The translations under genes and the position numbers were made by a program. 64,000 nt of DNA from contig NW_024704743.1 of NCBI RefSeq assembly GCF_018977255.1, positions 25,112,001 to 25,176,000 on the forward strand. Reading direction: 5' to 3'. Origin of the DNA: Callorhinchus milii (lineage: Eukaryota). Of this stretch, positions 13,933-26,580 are shown one piece after another. How positions within the stretch are numbered: position 1 is the stretch's first letter; each line of letters opens with the position of its first letter. A model generated the notes under the pieces. That model worked only from the letters and a program-made list of their open reading frames with translations. It ran no database searches and was not told the origin of the DNA.

Positions 13933-14313
13933 ATAATAATAATTTTTCATTTGATATAGCGCCTTATCATGTCTTCGAGACGTCTCAAAGCACTTCACAG
14001 AATATACTGTAAAGTGAATTGACTGTATATTTTATGGGCGAATCGCGGCAGCCAATTGTGCACAGCAGCGTCCCACAGAAACAGTTGTGAATTGAGTGAC
14101 CAAATTATTATTTAAAAAAATTATTTTCAAGGGATTCTTACCCCGGAAAAGCAATTTGCCAGGTTACTAACACCTGGGTTCCGACTTACTCCTAGGTAAA
14201 CAGGCATGCGGAGTAAGGAAACTTGCCTTAATGTTTCGCTCTGCTTGGGAATCAAACCCAGGTCCTCTTGCTTGTGAGGCAAGTGCTCTAACCAATACAC
14301 TGCAGGACTCCAC
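13933..14313 (-). mobile_element. Older full-length tRNA SINE nested in an older Deu-type SINE
   Basis: Head ggactccac on +, central ~60-bp segment present, tail gagacgtctcgaagac. The host element continues at both flanks. Confidence 0.88.
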
Positions 14314-16074
14314 GTGTCTCAAAGCACTTAACAGAATTTTCCTGTAAAGTGTAGTGACTCTGTATTTGTAGGCAAACACAATAGTCAACTTGCACACAGT
14401 GATGTCCCACAAACAACCATCAAGTGAATGATCTCTTTTTGGATAGTGCCAGGATCTTTAATGTCGGCGTGAACAGGCAGATTTTATCTCTAGTGTCGAG
14501 ACAATTATACTGTTGTTTTACAGAATAATGTATACCTAAGAATTGATTATTGGCTGTAATCTTGAGGTGGGTGTTGATGGCTTCACGATAACCTTTAGCA
14601 GTTTCTGACAGTTATCTGAATAACTTTTTTAACATTCTCAAGAGTTTCAGCCTATTACTAAATTTATGAGCTTCAAATCATTCCCATGCACCAGTACTGT
14701 TTATAATCAATAGCCCTGTGGAATTAATGGAAGTTTTCCTGGGTTGAGTTGGTTGAGTGATGTGATATGTGGTGAATCCTGGGGAAGCCTACTTTGTAGT
14801 TAATAACATTCACATCAAAAGATTCATTGTGGTGTTAGGATCATTCAGCTTGAGTAACGCCTTTTTGAAAACAGTGCGTCTGGAGAGGCTTGAGGCTGTA
14901 AATGGATCCAAATGCCATTGCTGCAGTCCTAATGGGAACGTTATCTATGACTTGCAGCAAATCAGTGTTGAGTTATGCAGATTATAGTGTCAGATTTAAT
15001 TATAATTTCGCAGGATTGCCACTGGGGAGAAAGTGTTTCTTTTTGTGGTAATTACCTTCACTTGGTGGACTGTTGCCTGATTTGCTTTGTGGTAGTGTCA
15101 GGACGGGTGGTGTCAGTGAGTACCATTGTAAAGTTGCACTCATCACTTACTGAAATGCTGACTTTGGCTTTGTGCAGGCATGTGGGACAAACTTTATCAT
15201 GTGCTACAGGGGCTGATGTTGGTGTGTACAATATGGAAGTGTCCCTTGCATTTGCATTCACTGCTGGAGCCTCAAGACTACTGGAGTCTTAAAATTTAGA
15301 ACAAGTTTATATAGGGCGTTTCATCTCAGTGTTTAGAAAAGACCTGCAGAGAAATAACTAGCATTTATATAGCATCCTTTATGTGGGATAGTGTCTTGGA
15401 GCGCTGAACCAAAACAAGGCAAGTTTTAAAATGTTGCACCTTTGTAGATTAATGCAGTAATCCGGTCATAAGACTAAAACTGCGAAGAATTTGGGGCTTC
15501 TGATTTTCTACTGGCTGTGTAAAAGTGTCAAGTTAATGCTTTAAATGCACACATTCCATCCAGGCATTAAACAATTCAAACTCTCATGTGCTGTATATAA
15601 AGCTTTTATGCTTCTTGTATAAATTTTGCAAATGAAGCTACTTTTAATTTCTAAACTGTTTAGGGGGTTACATTTTAACATTTGCGTTGGTGACCTTGAT
15701 ATAAGCAATTCGCTTTATTCAAATAACCAACCATTTTGCAAATATTGACAGAAGGTAAATAAAATCCTGTGGCTAGTAATTAGTCTCCAGAGTCTATGGA
15801 ATGTTTCAGCCAATTTCTCTTCTATGTGAGTTGGCTGTGCCGGGAACACAGGTGCAATGGGGAGATTGTGAGGTGTAGAACAACCTCATTCGCTAGACCA
15901 CTGCCATCTTCGTAATGTTAAAATCTAACGCTTTTTCTCTTGGAATTAGAAATCCGTATCTGATATACTGTGTAGAATGTCACAGAAAAAATTATGTCAA
16001 ATGTAGTGACTGTGTATTTGTAAGCAAACTGATTTGCACACAGTAAGGCCCTACAAATGGCCACTTCTTTACTA

Positions 16075-16893
16075 CAACAACAACAACTTTATTTAACATA
16101 GCGCCCTTCACACGGGGCAGCGTCTCAGATCGTTTAACAGTGTTGGAGCCTGACGCAGAGGTAGAGAGGAGGTGACCTTAGAGTAAAGTCTTCAGTTGTG
16201 ATCTAAAAGAGGGGAACGAGCGGACCAGGAGGATTGAGGGACAGAGTTCAAAAGCTTTGGGGTGTAGTGGCTGAAAGCTCGGCTGCTATCCAGATTAATT
16301 TACTCAGATTAATGACTGGCACTGGCCAGACTTTTATATTAAAAAAAACTGTGTTCAGGTGCGGAGGTAGAGTGAGTGAGTGTATGTCTGGTTGTATCAG
16401 AGCAATAATTTTTAACATCACACTCCCCCCACTGACTTCCCAACCCTGGGTGAGGAAGCCATGGGTGGAGGCTGGAAGTGAATCATGGCAAGAGCAGGGC
16501 CTTTTATACTTCCCAGTGGCCAGATGACTGGCAGTGACAGAGAAGGGCATATAGATGAGCATCATGACCTTGGCATGAATACTTAGGACTGGCCCTATCG
16601 GGGAGGGCATTTCCTCCCAAAAAAATGTTTTTTTTTTCTTTCGTTGAAATTGATAAATTTCCACGCATTCAGCCACTACACCCCGAAACTCTGGAACACT
16701 TCTCCTCTATCTATCTCTACTCCTTGCCCCCTCCTTCTCCATCTTTAGATCACACCTGAAAATCTTCCTCTTTGACCGGGCCTACGGTCACCTCCCCTCT
16801 CCCCGCAGCTCGGCATTGTGCTCCGCCACTGTCAAGCCCTCTGGGACGCTACCCTAAGCCAGGGGCGCTATGTAAATGCAAGTTGTTGTTGTT
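16075..16893. mobile_element. Two diverging second-type L2 3' ends (16075-16280 on -, 16665-16893 on +)
   Basis: Both carry cagccactacacccc and the gcgctatgt..aaa(t)..gttgttgttg tail, in opposite orientations. Confidence 0.75.
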
Positions 16894-17330
16894 ACCAAGT
16901 TCATTTGTTAAACTGCAGCTTTTAGTGAAACTGTTGCACAACAGTTAATGGACTGTGCCTTTCACTTCAGGAACCTGGGCTTGACTGCAGCCCAGATTGA
17001 TGGTCTGAGAATGTATTCCCTGCCTAATGTGAGGCTGTATGGAAATTCAGCTAAATGATTCAATCCCCACTGAAAGCTTTATCTTTTCATAACCCAGCAC
17101 AAATCAGCACTGAATTAATAATCGCAGCCCGAGACACCAGAGGGATTACTGTGGGAAATGGAAATGCCACACAATGCAGTCGGGGAGGATATATTAAGGC
17201 ACAATATCTGGGCAGAATGGAAGAAGTGGAAGCATTTCCCCACACATAATAGACAGTCAATTCACTTTACAGCGTATTCTGTGAAGCGCTTTACGATGTC
17301 TCGAAGACATGATGAGGGACTATATGATGA

Positions 17331-17578
17331 GAGGCAGGGCGAAACCTTGGGCAAGTTTCCTTACTCCACACGCCTAATAATAATCCCTCCAAAAAAAAAC
17401 AATAATAAATTGGTCATTTTCAATCTATGACTGTTTGTGGGACACTGCTGTGCGCAATTGGCTGCTGCGTTCGCCCACAAATATACAGTCAATTCACTTT
17501 ACAATATATTCTGTGAAGCGTTTTGAGACGTCTAGAAGACGTGAAAAGCGCTATATCAAATGCAAGGATTATTATTAT
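17331..17578 (+). mobile_element. SINE of an intermediate subfamily (central deletion present, old tail loop)
   Basis: It has the cacgcctaataataatccc junction of the young copies but the gagacgtctagaagacgt tail of the old copies. Confidence 0.85.
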
Positions 17579-18204
17579 ATCAATGATTGTTATTATGAAG
17601 GAGCCTTTGCTGTGTCGCTATTTGTGCCATGCTACTCGCGACCTGAGAGTGCTCGACAAATGCAAATTAAAGGAATGTTCCATTCCTAGCAGTGAAGCGT
17701 CCAGTGCTAAATTTCAAAGTTGAAAATTGAAACCTGAATTGTAAATGCAGTTCCTCATTTTTCATGTGCAAATGTTCACTTTACAATATATTCTGTGAAA
17801 CGCTTTGAGACATCTCAACGACGCGATAAGGTGCTATATCAAATGCAAGCATTATTATTAAATGAATAATGTGGTCAGTTGAACAAATGAGAAGCCAATG
17901 TTTTGAGATTCAAGACTCTGGTGTTTGAGAGGAACCAATCACTTTGATACAATATGTACAACTTGAGACCTCATCATATGGTACGTGTACAGTAGAGCAG
18001 AGCTTATTGAAGTCAGTTGGGAAATCTTTTCTCTTTCTTCTCCCTGCCCACGAGAATCCTTTAACTGATGACTGGTTTGGATATCTGACTGCATTCTTTG
18101 CATGCGATACTTGCATGCAGCATAGAACAAATTTGAAATGTAATAAATAAGCAAGCAATAAAAGAGAGTTAGAAACTTGAAGAGGGTTAGAAAGAGTTAG
18201 AACC

Positions 18205-18892
18205 TTGCAGTGGATATCCTTAACTGGCACCTCATTATACGCGTCTGGTTCCTGACCAGGACTGCCTTCCTCCACCTCTGCCACATTGCCTACCTTCGAC
18301 TGCACCATACCACAGACGCAGCCGAAACACTGGTCCGTGCGTTCGACACCTCCCAACTCAACTTTCAAATGCCCTCTTTGCCAGTCTTTTCAGCTGCACC
18401 ATACACAGCATTCAGCCGATCCAAACTTCGCCGCCCACATACTCACCCGTACTAAATTCCATACCCCCATCACACCAGTTCTGTCCAGGCTCCATTGGCT
18501 CCCTATCACTGAACGGATCGATTTCAAAATCTTCATGCTCATTTTCAAATCTCTTCATGTCCTGGCACCTCCCTATTTCTCCGACCTGCTTCCCCCACTA
18601 CCCGCTGCCTCCGATCGACTGGCTTCAGCCTTCTGCATGTCCCTCGTGCCCTCTGTTCCACCATTGGTGGCTATTCTTTCAGCCACTAAACCCCAAAACT
18701 CTGGAACACTCTTCCTCTATTCCTTCTTGCCTTTGCTTCCCTATCTTCAGGTCGCACCTGAAGACCTGCCTATCCGACTGTGCCAACAGTCACCTCCCAC
18801 TCCTCCCAACTAGGAGTTGTGTTCCGCGAGTGTCAAGTGCTCTGGGACGCTACCCTGCGCGAGGGGCGCTATATAAATGCAAGTTGTTGTTG
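18205..18892 (+). mobile_element. Older L2 3' fragment with the second tail type
   Basis: Encodes ITPVLSRLHWLPITERIDFKI; the tail is gctctgggacgctaccctgcgcgaggggcgctatataaatgcaagttgttgttg. Confidence 0.88.
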
Positions 18893-19569
18893 TGGATTGA
18901 GTATATTGTAGAAAACAACTAGCTGACAGTATACAATGCACATCAAGATCTTCAAGCACTTTATAATAATGTTTGCATTTGATATAGCACCTTATTGAAA
19001 CTTCTCAATGCGCTTCCCAGGATTTACTGTAAAGTGTCGTAACTGCAGGTGAACACAGCAGCCAATTAATGTAATATAAAACACACTGGGTTAAAGTCTA
19101 ATTAAAATCTGGTACTGTACAACATGCGGCGAGTTCCTCATTGATAGCTGCTTGTGTTTACATTGTGTAACTGGGTAAGTGGTGGAGTGAAGGGATTCAG
19201 ATTTGAGACTGTTGTGATGGAGAAGCTGACATTGATATTAATTTGTCTGGCAAGTTAGATGGCAAAAGCTGCTGCATAAATTGTGTGTGTCTGCTGGAGT
19301 CTCATTGCTCTACGACATTCATGATGTGTGTAAAGCTTCAGATTAAAAGCTGTTCAAACATGCCGAGTCGGGGGAGGGGGAGGGAGCCTTGGTCATGCAT
19401 CTTAAGCAAGTCACATCTCTGTATATTTTAGATTGTGAGCCTTCCTCCACTGTATGCAAGTTATTTTTGTGACACCCATGTTAATATGCTATGGATTCTT
19501 GCTTTTTTCCATTTAGTGGCTGTATTCTGCAGCATGGAAAAGATATATCACTGTCAGTTGCAGACAGAC

Positions 19570-19622
19570 TATAGTATAAATATATATATATATATATGGT
19601 ATATATAGTATAGTATAGTATA
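19570..19622. repeat. (TA)n/TATAG low-complexity microsatellite
   Basis: Seen directly. Other simple repeats are (TG)n at about 27727-27746 and 35120-35139, (TC)n at about 43232-43259, and an AT-rich tract at 23245-23295. Confidence 0.8.
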
Positions 19623-19921
19623 AAGGACATGCCTCCAAAAGGTAGCTACCATTCAGTTAGATGAGGGGCGGAGGTGGGGGACAGACTTGTGCCAAAATGT
19701 CTCAACTGAAATACTGCATTAGTTGCTATGTGTTCTGCAGCATAGCGTTTTGCAATGTTTTTTTTAGATCTTGTTGACAAATATGGGTTTGTTTGTATTT
19801 ATTGCTTCCTTGCTAGAAACATACAGTGTATACATAAACAATATATTTCCGTGCTGGGCCGATTCCTTCTGTGTTCAGAAACTGAAGTTCCCACATCAGG
19901 GACTTTGAGTTCCCAGTGTTT

Positions 19922-20265
19922 ATAATAATAATAATCATTGCACTTGATATAGCACTTTATCATGTTTTCAAGATGTCTCAAAGTGCTTCACAGAATATAC
20001 TGTAAAGTGAATTGACTGTATATTTTGTGGGCGAAATGACAACAGCAGATTGCGCACAGCAGTGTCCCACAAACAGTCGTGGATTGTTATGTTTTTAATT
20101 TATTACCCCAGGAAAAGCAATCCACCAATCGACTAACAACCAGGTTCCTACTAGTTGAGCAAAGACATGTGGAGTAAGGAAACTTGCCCAATGTTTCACC
20201 CTTACTAGGAATTGAATCCAGGTCTTCTCGGTTGCAAGGCGAGTGCTCTAACCGCTAAGCTACAG
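19922..20265 (-). mobile_element. Older tRNA SINE
   Basis: Same head, central segment, body and tail motifs as the other old copies. Confidence 0.85.
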
Positions 20266-22249
20266 CCAGCCAATGTAGAGTGGGGAAGCACTGCATTATC
20301 AGGGTGCCACCCTTCAGATCAAACAGAAAACCAAGCTCTCTTTTGTTCAGGTGAACGTTAAAGAACTTTCAAGCGCAGTGTATGTATTTGTAGGTGAATG
20401 CGAAGGCAATTTGCTATTGGAAAAGAAGGGAGTTTCTCTCAGTATCCAAGCCAACAATCTTCCAGTTAAATTGGTCATTTACCTACTGCTTTTTTGTAGG
20501 ACATTGCTGTGTGCAAATTGGCTGTCACATTCACCTCCGAATACAGGCACTACACTACAAGCGCGTTGAGATAATTCAGCCTTATAGGCACTATATTAGG
20601 TAAGGATTATTATTCTGGTGGAAAACACCTTAGATGATGTGAACTGATCAGTACATTGTCAATCCAGGATCAGAATTGCACGTTTTCCCTTTATTCTGTG
20701 AGGAAGTGGGAAGCACACGTGGGTTAACATCTGTTCCAGAGAAATGGCAATATTGGTTACGTGGTTTCTCAAGAAAATATTCAGGCGTGGCTCCACATCC
20801 AGGGTATATGCTGGTTTCTCATTCGGAGAAAGAAGTGAACATTTGCAATTATATAGCATCTTATTGTATCATAAATTCACAAGGGCTTCAATAGGAATTA
20901 CTGTTGAGTGTAGGCAATTGTGACAGCAAGCTCTTACAAACAACTATGAAGTGAAAGATCAATTAATCCGAAAGATTGTTGCCCAGGATACCAGGAGTAA
21001 CTTCCTTATTTTAAATTGTATGGTAGGATCTTTAAAGTCCACCTAAACATTGTCAACCCCCCCACCCTGCCCCCGGCTCAATGACATGCGCTCTGGGACA
21101 CAATTTTGTGCGAGGGGCACTATGTAAATGCAAGTTGTTGTTGTAAGGTAAGCAAGGGGAGTATGAGGTGTGGAGTCTCATGTGGCATATAAATAAATAC
21201 CAGTACGGTCTAATTAGGCAGAATGTCTGTACTATAACATGCTATGTAAATATGAACTGAATTATTCCTTGGATTTCTTTTAAACTGGATATGATTTACT
21301 GATTTACTAAAGCCACTGCAACTGATTTCCTTTTCACACAATGTGCAAGCTGTCACTTTCGATAAACATATCTAGAATTTTGGTTACATCTTAAGTGTGT
21401 AATGCTGGCGTTAAGTACAGGCCACAAATCAAATGGAGTTCCAGGATAGGAGGACTAGTCGACACTAATTTACCTTTCAGTCGACCAACGGAATATCTTC
21501 TATATCGGGTTGTGGAAAGGAGATAGGGTTAGAAGTCTTTGAATGTGCTTCTGAATTCATAAGCAGTCATCGAGACATGTGGAGTCTCTGCTGTGATAAT
21601 ATACTAACAGTGCCCTTTCATGTGTGTAAAAGTGATTGCTTCACTTACAACCTCTGCAAGTGAAAGAATACCCTTAATGTTGGCTTCCATTGCACACACA
21701 TAACATGACTGAGGTTTAATATGGCTGTCATCTTGACTACTTCAGTTAACAGCACAGAACGGGATTCAAACCTGTAACCTTCTGGGCCATTGGAGCATCT
21801 CACAATATTTAAATCTCATTGCGCATAACAAAACACACGTTGAAAGTGGGAAACAAACAACGGAATTTCCCTAGCACTCACTAAAACCCCCCAAAAATGC
21901 CATCGTTCTTCATGGTTTTACGTCGGTTCACAAGTTATTTTTCAGGTTCTTGGTCCTTTGGGATAAGCTTTCTTTCTGCTGCCTCTGTTGTGAACACTGT
22001 TTTTCTGTTTCTGTTCATATGTTTTTAAAAGATGTGGGAATTTTCATAGATCATTTCTCCTCCAGCCTTCAAAATGTTTAATTTCTCTCTCCCCCCCACC
22101 CCCCACCCCACCCTCCCCAACGGAAAATGCTTTATTTTTGAAAAGGAGCCAGGCACTTGTAAAGGAGCCAAATAAATCTCATTCATAATTTTATGGGAAG
22201 ATTTTATTGCCAATGAGGAAATGAAAATATGAATACGTGCTGAATGCCA

Positions 22250-22697
22250 ATTGAATGTCAACAAGACCGAGGCCCTCCTGCTTCGTTCCTTTCAGCGCCT
22301 CCATATCTCGGGCGCTGACAGCATCACCCTTCACGGATGCACTCTACACCTCACAGAGCGAATACAGAACCTCGGTGTCCTGTTCAACCCTCAACTGTCC
22401 TTCATCCCCCACATTCGTGCCATGACCCGCACTACCTTTCCCCACCTCTGCAACATTGCCCGGCTCCACCACTGTCTCTCACCGCAGGCCGCTGAGAGCC
22501 TCATCCACGCGTTCATCACAACCAGGCTCGACTACGCAAACTCCCTGCTTGTCGGCCTCCCCAACTCCTCCCTCCACAGACTGCAGATCATCCAGAACTC
22601 TGCAGCCCGTGTCCTCTCCTGCACCAGGTTCCGCGACCCTATCACCCCATCCTCGCCCGGCTCCTCCATCACTCAGAGGATACAGTTTTAATCCTGG
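22250..22697 (+). mobile_element. L2 ORF2 fragment
   Basis: ORF 22251-22691: NVNKTEALL...RLDYANSLLVGLP...IIQNSAARVL. Confidence 0.9.
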
Positions 22698-22699
22698 TC

Positions 22700-22958
22700 A
22701 AGTCCGCTGAGTGGAGGGAGAGTGAATGCTTATAGGGGGTTAGAAGGTTGCAGAGGTAGTGGGGAGTGAGGCCATGGAGGGCTTTGAAGGTGAGGGCCAG
22801 GATCTTGAACGGTACCCACTTTGGGATGGGAAATCAGTGGAGTCGGGCGAGGATGGGAGTGATAGGGTCATGGAGCGTGGTGCGGGAAAGGACCCGGGCT
22901 ACAGGGTTCTGGATGATTTGCAGCCTATGGACAGAGGAATTGGAGAGGCTGACAAGCA
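22700..22958 (-). mobile_element. L2 ORF2 fragment in the opposite orientation
   Basis: The reverse complement reads LHRLQIIQNPVARVL...LARLH(x)FPIP...FKILALTFKALHGL. Confidence 0.85.
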
Positions 22959-22959
22959 G

Positions 22960-23240
22960 ATTTAGCACCTTATCATGTCTTCAAGACATCTCAAAGCGCT
23001 TCACAGAATATACTGTAAAATGAATTGACTGTATATTTTGTGGGCGAAACATGGCAGCCAATTGTGCACAGCAGTGTCCCACAAACAATCATGTATTGAG
23101 TGACCAAATTATTATTATTTTGAAATATATTTTTAAGGGATTATTAACCCCGGGGAAGCGATCCGCCAATCAACTAACAACCGGGTTCCTACTTACTGCT
23201 AGGTAAATAGAGGCGTGTAGAGTAAGGAAACTTGACTAAT
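22960..23240 (-). mobile_element. Older tRNA SINE lacking its head
   Basis: Body and central segment match the family. Confidence 0.82.
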
Positions 23241-23384
23241 GTTTCAATATTATATATAATATAATAATATATATAATAATATAGTATATATATACAATCA
23301 ACTTCACTTTCATTCCTAATCCATTATATTTTGTAAAATGCTTTAATTTTACATGAAAGACACTAAATAAATGCACATTGTTAC

Positions 23385-24992
23385 ACACCACCTGCTCCCC
23401 ATCCCTACCCCTCTCCTTAAATCCCCGTTCCACCTCGTTACCCCACTACTCACCAACATCATTAACCTCTCCCTGCCATCTGGCACTGTTCCTTCCCCCC
23501 TTAAAACAGCCACTATCACCCCCACCTTGAAGAAATCTTCCCTTGACCCATCACAGCTATCCAGCTACCGGCCCATCTCAAATCTTTCCTTCCTATCCAA
23601 GGTCCTTGAGAGAGCTGTTGCCTCCCAGCTTCTCTCTTTCCTCTCTTCCCAATCCCTCCATGAACCCCTCCAATCAGTTTTCTGTGCTGCCCACAATACA
23701 GAAACTGCTCTGGTCAAGCTCACAAATGACATCCTGACCATGTGTGACCAGGGCTCCCTCTGCCTCCTCAACCTCTCCGCCACCTATGACACCGTTGGCC
23801 ACTCAATCCTCCTCCATCGCCTCTCCTCCCACCTCAACCTTCAAGGTTCTGTCCTTGACTGGTTCAGGTCCTACCTTTCACACTGCCTCCACTTTGTCGC
23901 GGCAAACGGCTTCTCCCCCAGCCCCCGCACTGTCTCGTGCGGTGTTCCTCAGGGCTCTGTCCTCGGTCCCCTCCTCTTCACCCTCTACATGCTCCCCCTT
24001 GGTGACATCATCCGCAGACATGGGGTGAATTTCCACACGTATGCGGATGACACCCATCTCTACCTCCACCCTGAACTCCAGGACTACTGGGGTCCTGACC
24101 TACTGCCTGCCCGACATCAAGTCCTGGATGAGGGACAACTTTCTCCAACTCAACGTCAGCAAGACGAGGCCCTCCTGATTGGCTCACGCCAGCGCCTCCG
24201 CACCTCAGGCGCTGGCAGCATCAGCCTCCACGGCTGCACACTCAACTTCACTAAGCCAGTCAGGAACCCGAGTATCTTGTTCGACCTTGAACTGTCTTTT
24301 CTCCCCCACATCTGCGCCATGACTGACACCGCCTACCACCACCTCCGCAACATTGGCAGACTTCGCCACTGCTTCACCCCTCAGGCTGCCGAAACCCTCA
24401 CCCACGCATTCGTCACCTCAAGGCTTGACTACGGGAACTCCCTCCTCATTGGCCTTCCCAACTCTTCACAAGCTGCAGATCATCCAAAACTCTGAAGCTC
24501 GTGTACTCTCATGCACCAGGCTCCGTGACCCCATCACTCCCACCCTCACCCGACTCCACTGGCTCCCCATCCCCCAGAGGATCGAATTCAAGATTCTCAT
24601 CCTCACCTTTAAGGCCATCCATGGCCTTGCCCCCTCCTACCTCTCTGACCTGCTGACTCCCTACCAACCTGCCAGCTCCCTCCTTTCAGCGGGCTGCGGA
24701 CTGCTCCATGTCTCCCGCCCTACCATCGGTGGCCGGGCTTTCAGTCTCTCTGCCCCCACACTCTGGAACTTCATCCCATGGTCCCGTCGCCTCACTTCCT
24801 CCCTTGCCTCCTGCAAGGCTGGTCTCAAGACCCTTCTCTTCGATCGTGTCTTCGGTCGCCCTCCCACCTCTCTGCCTTCCCTCACCCCTACATCACCCCT
24901 CCCCATGCTCGGGTCCTGACACCTGTCTGTTCAGCGCCTTGGGACGTCCTCCCGACGTGAAAGGCGCTCTATAAATTTAATTTTGTTGTTGT
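23385..24992 (+). mobile_element. L2 LINE, 5'-truncated and frameshifted
   Basis: ORF 23371-24495 has [10 protein letters not shown] and YADD; ORF 24353-24919 has LHWLPIPQRIEFK. It ends in the same 3' stem-loop and (TTG)n tail as the 48-50 kb copy. Confidence 0.93.
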
Positions 24993-26325
24993 TTTAATTG
25001 ACTGACATAAAACTTGGATGTCGGCTATTGCCGACATGTTTTTCTTTTGCCAGCTGCAAACTTTGAGGGCAAAGGAATAACAGTAAACAACAACAACATA
25101 TATTTGCATAGGGCCTTTCATGTCGGGAGGACGTCCCAAGGTGCTACTTAATTGCTGATGCTCTGAATACCAAAGTGATGTCATATATAGTGCCCTTCAA
25201 GTGTCCAAGACTTTGTCTAGCGGGAGACCATTAGCAGGCAAGGTTGGCAGACATAAGCTGCTCTTATCAATTCAATTCTTCTGACAGCTGAGCTGGAATC
25301 GATTGATGTTGTTGAATTGTATAGGTTAGTCCTACAAAGCACAAACACCTGAAAGGCTTGAGAGATCCAACAGGCCTGCAATACTTTGTCTGTGTTTCTG
25401 CTAATCAAAGAAAATCCAAACATTTTGAAGCGTCAGCATGAAGTCTGCCAGCTTGTATTCTGTGGGGTTGCAAGCATTTTTTATACCAATTTCTGGCTTG
25501 AGTTTTCAAGATCTTAGGATATGTGACGTTCATGGTAAGTGAGAGGATAGGCACGGTAAGTAAGATTTGCAGCATTTGGTATTGAAGAGTACCCAGCTTG
25601 ATTTTTAACAAGAATGACAAGTACAGTGGGCAAATATTTCAGCTTGTCCTTTCTTACCCCACCTCACTACCCAAAAAAAAAGTCTGCATGAATTCATGCT
25701 TGATTCTTGCAGGCATGAAAACATGTGTTTTTAAAAACTTTGGTTTTATATCTAATCCGAACAAAAATAATCATACATATTACAACAGAGGAAGATTTTC
25801 AACTACTACCTCACTATGCTGGTGCTAATTGCTACATGGATGTTTTGTTTTTAAGTGTACAAATTAGCAGTGTAATCCTGATATTCTCTTCGGGATATTT
25901 TAAACCAAGTTCTTTTGTAGCAAGGCTGAGGCAAAGGGAATGTTTTATTGGAGAGGTACATGTCAAAGCGTTCCATTCTTAGAAAAATTCAGGGATTTTT
26001 TCAGTAAAATGTTCTGTCGGAAGATTACAGGTGCTACTTTTCAATCAGCATTTCTGTACCAATCACTTATTACATGAAACCACCTGGTGAAAAACATTAA
26101 TAATAACAACAACTTGCATTTACCTAGTGCCTGCCATGCAGGATAGCGTCCTGAAGTAGACGGTTGTCAAAGAGATTGGTGAGTGGTAGAAATGTAAATA
26201 AATGTGACCAATGAAAAACTGGTTGTTAAGTAAAATGGGTAAAATAAATCAGTGGGTAAGGACGGTGTTGCTCTTTCAGCTCTGGGCCAGGATTGAAAAG
26301 CAGCCCAGATATTGGAATAAATATC

Positions 26326-26580
26326 ACCATTGGCAGTCGGGCCTTCAGCTTCTCTGCCCCACTCTTTGAATTCCCACTGTCCCTTTGCCTCACCTCCTCC
26401 CTTAGCTCCTTCAAGGCCCATCTCCTCTTCAGCCACCGTCCTAATCCCTACCCTCCCTGCCCTCCAAGCCTCCTGATCCCAACCTCTTGCTTGGGTCCAA
26501 ATCCCTGACTGTCCAGCGCCTTGGGACGTCCTCCTGACATGAAAGGCGCAATACAAATGTAAGTTCCTGTTGTTGCTGTT
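26326..26580 (+). mobile_element. L2 3' end
   Basis: TIGSRAFSFSAP, then cagcgccttgggacgtcctcctgacatgaaaggcgc and a TTG tail. Confidence 0.85.

Noticed and set aside
23371..24495. 374-aa ORF as a functional or domesticated reverse transcriptase
   Set aside because: It is a 5'-truncated L2 with a damaged DLSAAFD motif and a shifted frame after YADD.
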